DNA of 16,819 bases, taken from NCBI GenBank assembly GCA_038046605.1, contig JBBSVW010000090.1:1-16819 (forward strand), read 5' to 3'. Under the pieces are notes generated by a model. The model made no database searches. It was not told the origin of the DNA and saw only the letters and a program-made list of their open reading frames with translations. This DNA is from Candidatus Micrarchaeota archaeon. Lineage in GTDB: Archaea > Micrarchaeota > Micrarchaeia > Norongarragalinales > SBBD01. Shown here piece after piece: positions 8,038 to 14,829 of the stretch. Both the position numbers and the translations under genes were made by a program. Numbering within the stretch: position 1 is the first letter of the stretch; each line of letters opens with the position of its first letter.

Positions 8038-8148
8038 AACACTCCCCCATATTGTTTGCCCAATTTGCAACAAAAAAGCTTAAGGGGCGAAGGCATTAAT
8101 ATACTTTCTAGCGTCATCTAATTAACCTAAAAAAACTGGGTGACCCAC
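8038..8148. promoter_or_regulatory. Divergent promoter region for the JAB/RING arm and the Ubl/E2/nurA arm
   Basis: 111-bp AT-rich gap between divergent genes. ATTAATATA TATA-like element near 8095-8103; GGGTGA SD at 8138-8143. Confidence 0.45.
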
Positions 8149-8391
8149 ATGGCAGAATTCAACATTACGGTTTCGCACACAACAAGCGGGAAGGAGACGG
8201 TTCTTGCAGTTGAGCCCGAATTCACGGTTTCTTCCGTGCTTGAGGTTTTGACGGAATCACTCCAGCTAAAGGACCGCTTTGTTTTGGCAACGGAGGACAA
8301 TAAAATCCTCAATCCGGAGACCTCGCTTCTGGAGGCTGGAATAAAGGAGAACGATACGCTATTGCTGATGCCCGACCCGACGGGGGGATAG
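8149..8391 (+). CDS. Ubiquitin-like protein (beta-grasp), 80 aa, ending in Gly-Gly
   Basis: TTSGKETVLAVEPEFTV resembles ubiquitin TLTGKTITLEVEPSDTI. KILNPETSLLEAGIKENDTLLLMPDPTGG* resembles [35 protein letters not shown] SD. Confidence 0.92.
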   Translation: MAEFNITVSHTTSGKETVLAVEPEFTVSSVLEVLTESLQLKDRFVLATEDNKILNPETSLLEAGIKENDTLLLMPDPTGG

Positions 8392-8393
8392 GC

Positions 8394-8765
8394 ATGCCCG
8401 AAAGGAATGAGAAAAGGGGAAAGGTTCCGCAGGTTAATGCAGGCGAAGGCGAGCATAAACTTGTTGAATTTATTCGCGCCACCAATTTGCAAGCGCCAAG
8501 CAATAGTGGAAAGCACTTAATCCGGGGCTATATGACGGGAAACAAGCTTTGGCTGCAAGCCCAGGGCGGAATAGATAATGCGCTCGAACAAAAGCTTAGG
8601 GAACTGGGAATAGAGCACACAAAGCACCGGATTTCGATACCACATACCCCAAGGGCATTTTCTATTGATGAGACCCATCTTACCGGCGATTTATTCCGTA
8701 GGATCAAGCTTTATTTCGATGCCCATAAGGAGGCACATATTGTGTTTTCGGCCGATCAACAATAG
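8394..8765 (+). CDS. Hypothetical protein between Ubl and E2
   Basis: 123-aa ATG ORF starting 2 nt after the Ubl stop. No recognisable family. Confidence 0.7.
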   Translation: MPERNEKRGKVPQVNAGEGEHKLVEFIRATNLQAPSNSGKHLIRGYMTGNKLWLQAQGGIDNALEQKLRELGIEHTKHRISIPHTPRAFSIDETHLTGDLFRRIKLYFDAHKEAHIVFSADQQ

Positions 8766-8868
8766 CAAATGAGTGCCCAACCAGGGACGCATTTGACTCG
8801 CAACACCCGAAGCCATCCGTGCTGGCATTAATATTCCTTGCCCATCAATTTTACTTACGTGAAAAAAT

Positions 8869-9357
8869 ATGCCCCAGCTTCCGGATGCGGTGTTCCAAAG
8901 AAGGCTTTCAGCTGAGTTTGATGGCATGCAAAAGGCTGGCTTTCGGTTCAGCGCCGACCCCTCAAAAATCAGCTACGAAGTCGAATTGAAGGCAAAGGCT
9001 TTGCAACGGATTGGAAGCTCAATTTCAGTTCGAAACAACCACAAATTCAGGATTTCGTTAAAGCGCTCATACCCCTATGCCGGCGGCTTTGATGTTGTCT
9101 GGCTAACACCTATTTTCCACCCTAACATCAATGACAAGGATGGGAAGGTATGCATCCATATCCTGACCGATTGGGCAGCCTCGCAAACGCTTGCGGGCTT
9201 AGTCAAGGGCATCGAGCACATGCTGACACACCCAAATGTTAAGAGCCCCCTCAATGTGGATGCCGGCGAATACTTCTATTTCCACCCCGAACTGATTGAT
9301 AATAAGTTCGACAATTTGGAAAAAACAAGCAAACCAAAAATTGTTTTGCAGAAATGA
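8869..9357 (+). CDS. Ubiquitin-conjugating enzyme E2 (UBC fold)
   Basis: RRLSAEF N-terminal helix, YPY, TPIFHPNI...GKVCIHIL..W (H84-P85-N86, catalytic C95 at codon 9151-9153), and L.HPN..SPLN..A. Confidence 0.95.
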   Translation: MPQLPDAVFQRRLSAEFDGMQKAGFRFSADPSKISYEVELKAKALQRIGSSISVRNNHKFRISLKRSYPYAGGFDVVWLTPIFHPNINDKDGKVCIHILTDWAASQTLAGLVKGIEHMLTHPNVKSPLNVDAGEYFYFHPELIDNKFDNLEKTSKPKIVLQK

Positions 9358-9389
9358 TTGTGATTTCAAACAACAAGTGAGCAAAAACC

Positions 9390-9509
9390 ATGGTTCTTGC
9401 AAAAAAGCCCAAAATAGTTTCAATCAAGGAAAGGAAGAGCAAGGAAAAAGAGCCGCCAAGCCATAAGACGCATAAATTTGTCCACACATACATGCCAAAA
9501 AAAGAGTAG
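9390..9509 (+). CDS. Unannotated 39-aa basic micro-protein MVLAKKPKIVSIKERKSKEKEPPSHKTHKFVHTYMPKKE
   Basis: Hand translation from ATG 9390 to TAG 9507-9509. It fills the E2-nurA gap on the same strand with a weak AGTGAG SD. Its N-terminus resembles that of the 8037 protein. Confidence 0.6.
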   Translation: MVLAKKPKIVSIKERKSKEKEPPSHKTHKFVHTYMPKKE

Positions 9510-9588
9510 GAATTGAATCATCATATGATTTGGCAAAATGGATCGGCATCCATCCCCTTTTTCAACCCAAAACCAGCACGATAAAGTT

Positions 9589-10662
9589 ATGATCAACGAA
9601 TCCGCAATCAAAAACGCTGTTGAGCAGATCCAGGCAGGCGAGAGCGCGCAAAAACGCATCGCGGAAAAAATGCGTGCGGAAAAGGGGGAAATAGCCTTTA
9701 GGGAATCACTAGAGAAAAAGCTGATCAATGAAATTCCGGATATCGAAGTAAATGGGAAAGTTGCCGCAGTCGATGGGGGCCTTCTTGCCGAGGAGCTGCA
9801 TTCAATTGACATCGTCTTGGTGAGGGCTGCCGCCGTGATTTTCGAATATGAAAACTCCAAACTCAAAAAGCACCACTACCACCCTTCGTCATTCCCGGAT
9901 TACGAGGTTTACACCCCATCGGCACTGGACGCCCACGAGGCGATTTGGTTTAGGAATATTGCGCGTCTGGAAAAGGAAATCAGCTGCGCAATCGAGGCAA
10001 TTGAAAAATACGCCCCAAAAGCGCTTTTCCTGGACGGCTCGATTGTGCCGCAGGTATCGGATAAGCCCGCCAAGGAATCTGAAATTTACCCCCACTATGA
10101 GAATCTAGTGGAAAAATACAAGAAACTCTTTTCAATTTCGGAAAAAAGCAATTGCCTGCTTGTGGGCATAATCAAGGACTCAAGGGGAAAGCAGTTCCTC
10201 AATTTGGCGCAGAGGCATTTGGGGCTTGGGGTAGCGGATGATATGGTTTTGAAGAAAACAAATGATTCGGCTTTCCTGTTCAATTTGCTAAATGAAAAGG
10301 AGCGGACGTTTGCATTCAAGTATGCAAGCATAACAGAGCACCCAATCCTTAGGGATTTGCACGAATACGCAGACCGGATTTCCTCATTCTACCTAAAAGC
10401 CGTGAAATACGATAGGCCCCTTCGGATTGATTTCCTGCTTCCGGAGGGCGATGGCAAGCGAATTGAGGAGACCGCATCCTTAATCTACTCATTAAGCAAG
10501 CACAACTCACAATATGCTTATCCGGCAATCCTAATTGAAGCTGATTTGAGGGCGGCAATGGACCCAAAGGAGCTTGAAATTGTGTATGGAAGGATATTCT
10601 CATCGCTCGGTAGGCAATCCAGCATATTCAAATTGAGAAGGAATACAAGGCCGTTCAGGTAG
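9589..10662 (+). CDS. nurA: NurA 5'-3' DNA double-strand-break repair nuclease
   Basis: AAVDGG, FLDGS, GIIKDS and YPAILIEADLRA motifs. Start is ATG 9589 or 9538. Confidence 0.92.
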   Translation: MINESAIKNAVEQIQAGESAQKRIAEKMRAEKGEIAFRESLEKKLINEIPDIEVNGKVAAVDGGLLAEELHSIDIVLVRAAAVIFEYENSKLKKHHYHPSSFPDYEVYTPSALDAHEAIWFRNIARLEKEISCAIEAIEKYAPKALFLDGSIVPQVSDKPAKESEIYPHYENLVEKYKKLFSISEKSNCLLVGIIKDSRGKQFLNLAQRHLGLGVADDMVLKKTNDSAFLFNLLNEKERTFAFKYASITEHPILRDLHEYADRISSFYLKAVKYDRPLRIDFLLPEGDGKRIEETASLIYSLSKHNSQYAYPAILIEADLRAAMDPKELEIVYGRIFSSLGRQSSIFKLRRNTRPFR

Positions 10663-10664
10663 AT

Positions 10665-10685
10665 AGGAAAAATAAAAAGGAAAAC
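10665..10685 (-). terminator. Oligo-T archaeal terminator-like tract after the PEGA gene
   Basis: The minus strand reads GTTTTCCTTTTTATTTTTCCT just after the stop. Confidence 0.45.
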
Positions 10686-10690
10686 GGCAC

Positions 10691-11452
10691 CTATTCAATC
10701 GTAGTATTTGTCGAATTTGTGGTTAGGTTAGACGAAATATAGGTCGTTTGGCCGGATGTTATTGAAAACATCTGGAAATCCGGATTATAACCAGTCTTGC
10801 GGAATTCAAGGACATAGCTATTTGGATATAGGGAAAGCGTCAAGGGCGAAACGCCCCTAAATGGGTATGGGTACGACGAACCCGATATTCCAACGTAAAC
10901 ATTAGCTCCTGATGGCGTTGTCCCCGCCATTAATGTTCCATTTGCCGGCGGCACGGATGGTGAGGGGGTTGGTGTGCTCGCATTTACCGTAGGCGTTGGC
11001 GATGATGCATTGACAGTAGGTGTTGGTGAGGTCGCATTAACAGTCGGATAAACGCTTGGAGATGGCGTAGTCGCATTTACTGTCGGAGTTGGGGACGATG
11101 CGTTTATGGTTGGTGTGGGCGAAGTTGCGTTCACTGTGGGGATAATGGTCGGGGTTGGAGTTAACGAAACAGTTGCCCACGGCGTTGCTGTTGAATTAGC
11201 CTTTTTAACGCACGTGAGTGCATCCCCGCACGAATAACCGGTTGGACAGCCGCATTTTAGGCAATTTTGTACGGTAAAGCCACCCTGGCAATAATATGGT
11301 TTTGTTGCAAGGCATTGCCCATTTTGGCTAGCTGAACATTTTAATGGCCCGATTGCCTCGCCGACCGGTGAGGACAGGCTAGGAACAACATAAAATAGAA
11401 TTACGCCAAGAATAACAAGCGCCGCAATACCATACAGAATCTTATTGTCCAT
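10691..11452 (-). CDS. Membrane-anchored or secreted surface glycoprotein: TM helix, Cys-rich domain, Pro/Thr-rich repeats, PEGA domain
   Basis: N-terminal ILYGIAALVILGVILFYVV helix, an 8-Cys segment, PTVNATSPT repeats, and a PEGA-like C-terminus GTL...TTPSGANVYV...G.SPL.....PNSYVLEFRKTGY. ATG 11452; 11464 is an alternative. Confidence 0.85.
   Translation of the reverse strand: MDNKILYGIAALVILGVILFYVVPSLSSPVGEAIGPLKCSASQNGQCLATKPYYCQGGFTVQNCLKCGCPTGYSCGDALTCVKKANSTATPWATVSLTPTPTIIPTVNATSPTPTINASSPTPTVNATTPSPSVYPTVNATSPTPTVNASSPTPTVNASTPTPSPSVPPANGTLMAGTTPSGANVYVGISGSSYPYPFRGVSPLTLSLYPNSYVLEFRKTGYNPDFQMFSITSGQTTYISSNLTTNSTNTTIE
10967..11140 (-). repeat. Intragenic 27-bp / 9-aa tandem repeats PT[VI]NA[TS][ST]P[TS], 6 copies
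   Basis: PTVNATSPT PTINASSPT PTVNATTPS (PSVY) PTVNATSPT PTVNASSPT PTVNASTPT, with synonymous DNA divergence between copies. Confidence 0.85.
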
Positions 11453-11555
11453 TTGTACCACCATAAATTATTACGTTTAAAGAGTAAAGCAATATTTTTA
11501 AACTAATTATATCCCTATTGGGCGGAAGTGCTTGAAATATGTGGGGCAAAAATAG

Positions 11556-11933
11556 CTATTTTTGAATTAAATCATCAAATTTTATCCCCGAATTCAACTC
11601 CTTATCACTTAGGGTAAACGCCTTTTCCGTCTCCTTCATCGTGATGAGCGGAAAGAACCTCCACTCCTCGCGGCTCACCTTCCAGGCGATGTAAAAAGGG
11701 ATAGCCGTGCGGGCTTCGAATTCCTTCATCGCAGCCATCCGGTCCTTTTCGATCCAAAGGTTCCCGGAATTCCAAGCCTTGCATTCTATTGCAAATTTCT
11801 TGGTGGAACTAAGAACAATCAGATCCGGAGAAGTTGAATCGTGAGCGCTCCCTGCTGCGCGCACAACGAAAAAACCCCTCCCCTCGAACATCTTCTTTAG
11901 CTGGCGTTCGTAGTTGGCGCCCTTTGTGGACAT
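11556..11933 (-). CDS. hjc: Holliday junction resolvase Hjc
   Basis: KGANYERQL...GFFVVRAAGS....PDLI.......AIECK is the Hjc PD-(D/E)xK signature. Confidence 0.95.
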   Translation of the reverse strand: MSTKGANYERQLKKMFEGRGFFVVRAAGSAHDSTSPDLIVLSSTKKFAIECKAWNSGNLWIEKDRMAAMKEFEARTAIPFYIAWKVSREEWRFFPLITMKETEKAFTLSDKELNSGIKFDDLIQK

Positions 11934-11980
11934 GTTTTAAATCAGGCTAAGGAGTAATAATAAGCAAACGGGAGGATACG

Positions 11981-12754
11981 ATGGCAATGAAAAAAGGGCT
12001 CATACAACAATACGGGATCACGGGAAAATTCAAGGGATGGCATACCGCAGGGCAGGCACTTGTAGATTTGAAAGGATACCATCCGGAGCTTCCACATTCC
12101 CTAAATGTCCTAAGGGAGCACTTACCTATGTTATGGCCCAAACATTTTGAAATAACAAAGGGGAAAAAAAGGCTTAATTTGTTCAGACCGCTGACCATGC
12201 AGGAAGCATCGGATGTAGCCGCTAAAATCAAGGCAGCGATCCCATATGGCGGCAGCACAAATTTGCCAAAGGATGAACGGGTTTTCCTAAACAGGAACGA
12301 TTTGCTTCAATCCGTTTACGATATTGCTGGCCAAATAGGTGAAATCGAACCTAGCGAGCTAAAAAGAAGGCAGAGGGATGCAGGCTTGGCGATAGCAAAA
12401 AAGAAGGCGGGAAAAATACCTTCAACTCCGGATTACTATTCAGCAGCAACTGATGTCCGCCCCAAATTGGTGTTTGAGGAAGATTTGAAAAATGCGCATT
12501 ACCTGCACTTGAAGCCAAATGGGCTCACAGGAAGGGAAGCCGAAATATACCTGCTTTCAAGAATTCCAAGGCACGATTTCACGCCGGTAGAAATTGCCAA
12601 ACATTTTGGCGTAAGCCCGCAGCACATAAGACAAACAATTCGGGAAGTCGATGAAAGGATAAATGGACCGTTGCGAAGGCAGGAGAGGGAAATTAGGGAA
12701 AAAATGGAAAGGGAATTCAGGGATAGGGAAATGCGCACAAGGAAAGCGGCATGA
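11981..12754 (+). CDS. Hypothetical protein with C-terminal sigma70-region-4/LuxR-like HTH
   Basis: GLTGREAEIYLLS....FTPVEIAKHFGVSPQHIRQTIREV. GGAGG SD. N-terminal 180 aa not recognised. Confidence 0.7.
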   Translation: MAMKKGLIQQYGITGKFKGWHTAGQALVDLKGYHPELPHSLNVLREHLPMLWPKHFEITKGKKRLNLFRPLTMQEASDVAAKIKAAIPYGGSTNLPKDERVFLNRNDLLQSVYDIAGQIGEIEPSELKRRQRDAGLAIAKKKAGKIPSTPDYYSAATDVRPKLVFEEDLKNAHYLHLKPNGLTGREAEIYLLSRIPRHDFTPVEIAKHFGVSPQHIRQTIREVDERINGPLRRQEREIREKMEREFRDREMRTRKAA

Positions 12755-12784
12755 TAATGATAGGATTGATTTGGCGGAGCATAT

Positions 12785-12901
12785 ATGAAAAACAAGAAAT
12801 TTACATTCAAGGACCACAAGGCCGACACGATTGACACCGCCAGGGGGCTAAGCCCCCTACGCGTGTCGCCCCTACCCCCTTATTTTGAGGAGCTAATATG
12901 A
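12785..12901 (+). pseudogene. Duplicated, diverged 5' fragment of archease (38-aa ORF) interrupted by a GC-rich hairpin
   Basis: MKNKKFTFKDHKAD versus archease MKSKRFIFKDHKAD (11/14 identical), each preceded by GGAGC. The ORF ends at an ATGA overlap with the archease start. Confidence 0.7.
12833..12873. repeat. GC-rich inverted repeat / REP-like element
   Basis: AGGGGGC-TAA-GCCCCCT perfect stem (12842-12858), extended by GACAC/GTGTC (12833-12867). The minus strand reads GTAGGGGCGACAC. Confidence 0.6.
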
Positions 12902-13326
12902 AAAGCAAGAGATTCATTTTTAAAGATCATAAAGCGGACATGTTCATAGAAGCCTACGGCAAAAGCTATCCGGAGGCATTGGAAAATTGCGCCGCGGGCC
13001 TATTTGAAACGATTTGCGATGCCTCCAAATTGAAGGAAAGGAAGAAACTCTTGGTGAAGGAAAAAGCATCCACACTTGAGCAGCTCACAACTTTCCTCCT
13101 TAATAAAATCGTTTCCGAGGGGGACGCTAGGGAAATGATGTACAAGCGCATGAAGGTAATTAAATTCGAGGAAAAGAAAGGGATGTATTCCGTGAAAGCG
13201 CAGGTTTTTGGCCAGGAAGCGGTGCACAAACTTGGGCGAATGTATGTGAAGGCGGTAACGCACCATGAAGCAACGGTTGAAAAGAAGGGAAAAAATTGGC
13301 TCATTAGGGTATTGCCGGATATTTGA
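12898..13326 (+). CDS. Archease (RtcB tRNA-ligase cofactor)
   Basis: DHKAD (for DHTAD), IEAYGKS...ALEN.A.GLF, VKAVTHH and a terminal DI. GAGGAG SD. Confidence 0.93.
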   Translation: MKSKRFIFKDHKADMFIEAYGKSYPEALENCAAGLFETICDASKLKERKKLLVKEKASTLEQLTTFLLNKIVSEGDAREMMYKRMKVIKFEEKKGMYSVKAQVFGQEAVHKLGRMYVKAVTHHEATVEKKGKNWLIRVLPDI

Positions 13327-13327
13327 G

Positions 13328-13951
13328 ATGATTTTTATGAGGATGGTTGCAAAAGGCGCAGAGGGCGAAATATTTGAACTGGAAAAAGGCGGAAAAAAGC
13401 AGATTCTGAAGCGCCGCGTTGTGAAAAAGTACCGCATCCCAGAATTGGATAAGAAAATAAGGGAGGCACGAACCAAACGGGAGGCAAAAGTGCTTTTTGC
13501 AGCCAAATTGGCAGGAGTCAAATGCCCCTTGGTTTACGAGGTAAAAATGAAAGAAACCGAAATACTGATGGAAAAAATTGAGGGGAAAAGATTGAGGGAA
13601 TTATTGATTGAAGGCACCAAAGGCGCCAGAAAAATCCTGATTGAAGTGGGCGAAAATTTGGCTAAATTGCACAACTCCAACATCATCCACGGCGATTTTT
13701 CAACAGCGAACGTCCTGGTTACCTGGAAAGGGGAGATTGCAGTCATCGATTTCGGGCTGGCGGAAATCTCAGCATCAATTGAGGATAAGGCAACGGATGT
13801 TTTGGTGTTCAAGAAGAGCTCTAAAAAGGAGGAATTTGAAGAGTTCTGGAAGGGCTATGCAAAGGAAAGCAAGAATGCAAAAGCGGTTTTCCGGCAGCTA
13901 ATGGAAATTGAAACGCGCGGAAGGTATGTTGCTAGGGCGCAGGCGGGTTGA
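13328..13951 (+). CDS. bud32: KEOPS complex kinase/ATPase Bud32
   Basis: KGAEG, KKYRIPELDKKIR..RTKREAKVL, HGDFSTAN and IDFGLA. Start is one of 13328, 13337 or 13343. Confidence 0.95.
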   Translation: MIFMRMVAKGAEGEIFELEKGGKKQILKRRVVKKYRIPELDKKIREARTKREAKVLFAAKLAGVKCPLVYEVKMKETEILMEKIEGKRLRELLIEGTKGARKILIEVGENLAKLHNSNIIHGDFSTANVLVTWKGEIAVIDFGLAEISASIEDKATDVLVFKKSSKKEEFEEFWKGYAKESKNAKAVFRQLMEIETRGRYVARAQAG

Positions 13952-14071
13952 TTATAAATTCAAAATTGGCAAATGCGAAATGTCAAAGTTTTTTACTAAT
14001 GCCCACCTAAGCTTTAAATAAAAATTTGCTATTACGAATTGAAACAATACCAATTATCGCTAGAGCTAGGA

Positions 14072-14093
14072 TTGAAAAAATAAAGGAAAAAAG
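14072..14093 (-). terminator. Oligo-T terminator-like tract after uS7
   Basis: The minus strand reads CTTTTTTCCTTTATTTTTTCAA just after the stop. The neighbouring gene bud32 is convergent. Confidence 0.55.
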
Positions 14094-14097
14094 CGCC

Positions 14098-14703
14098 TTA
14101 TCTTGCCGACCTTGCAACCCGCTCAATTTCGTTCTTCCTCTTGACGGAAAACGATGCCGGATCGTTTGATGCGGCAAGCGTAATCTCGTTAACAAGCGCG
14201 CCCTCGAGCGTAAGCTTCTTGTCGAATGCCGCGGAAATTGCTGCAAGGACTATGTTCCTTAACGCAAGATCAAGGCGCCTTTGCGCTGAAATGTCAACCG
14301 CAATCTGGTAGCTCATGCCCCCAAACCTGACCCTTGTCGTATCTTCCCTGGGAGCGGAATTTTCAAGGGCGCGGATGAGAACCTGGATTGGATTTTGCTT
14401 GGTTCGCTTTTGCACTTCTGCAAATGCGTTCCTAACCATCTTGATTGCTTTTGTTTTCTTTCCCTGAAGCTTCCCATGGGTCCGGATGATCTTTCCCCCC
14501 ATCTTTTCACCGGTGCCCCCACGAAGCAGCTTGTTTATGAGCCGCTCAACAATGTTCACTTTGGATTTTGCAAACTGCATGTTGGCATGCTTTGCAAAGG
14601 AATGCGGGTAAATCATGGGCTTTAGTGAAATATGCTGGGCAAGGCTCAAATCCTTGACTTCCAAACCAGTGTAGTCATACAGGCCAAACAATTTTGTTTC
14701 CAT
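14098..14703 (-). CDS. rps7: 30S ribosomal protein uS7 (archaeal S7)
   Basis: KLFGLYD, IVERLINKL, NPIQVLIRALENSAPREDTTR, AVDISAQRRLDLALR, EIERVARSAR. ATG 14703 with GGTGA SD. Confidence 0.97.
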   Translation of the reverse strand: METKLFGLYDYTGLEVKDLSLAQHISLKPMIYPHSFAKHANMQFAKSKVNIVERLINKLLRGGTGEKMGGKIIRTHGKLQGKKTKAIKMVRNAFAEVQKRTKQNPIQVLIRALENSAPREDTTRVRFGGMSYQIAVDISAQRRLDLALRNIVLAAISAAFDKKLTLEGALVNEITLAASNDPASFSVKRKNEIERVARSAR

Positions 14704-14829
14704 AATGTTTTCACCAACAATTTCTTCCATGATGGAAAATTCCAAATATTTCCCAAAGAGTGAAAGCTTCCAAAAGCCAATTTCCCTAATTTTCCAATAA
14801 ATTTTTCCCAAAAAGGGAAAAGAAAAAAT

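Noticed and set aside
8137-8147. TGGGTGACCCA mini-hairpin covering the Ubl SD
   Set aside because: A 4-bp stem is too weak to claim translational control.
4317-9357. Interpretation as a SAMP/UbaA or ThiS/MoaD sulfur-transfer cluster
   Set aside because: A canonical E2 and a RING are present, the Ubl resembles ubiquitin, and there are no rhodanese, MoaE, ThiG or tRNA-thiolation genes in the window.
4317-9357. Interpretation as a bacterial-type CBASS/Bil antiviral island
   Set aside because: No cyclase, fused E1-E2 or effector is seen, the enzymes carry eukaryote-like motifs, and the flanks are core genes. An antiviral role is not excluded but is unsupported here.
9199-9866. Hydrophobic minus-strand ORFs (9199-9423, 9251-9493, 9420-9866)
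   Set aside because: They are antisense to A-rich coding sequence of E2, the micro-ORF and nurA. The hydrophobicity is a by-product of T-richness.
14704-14811. N-terminal extension of uS7 in the ORF track (similar extensions for L30e and Bud32)
   Set aside because: SD-supported downstream ATGs match the family N-termini, so the extensions are intergenic or overlap the upstream gene.
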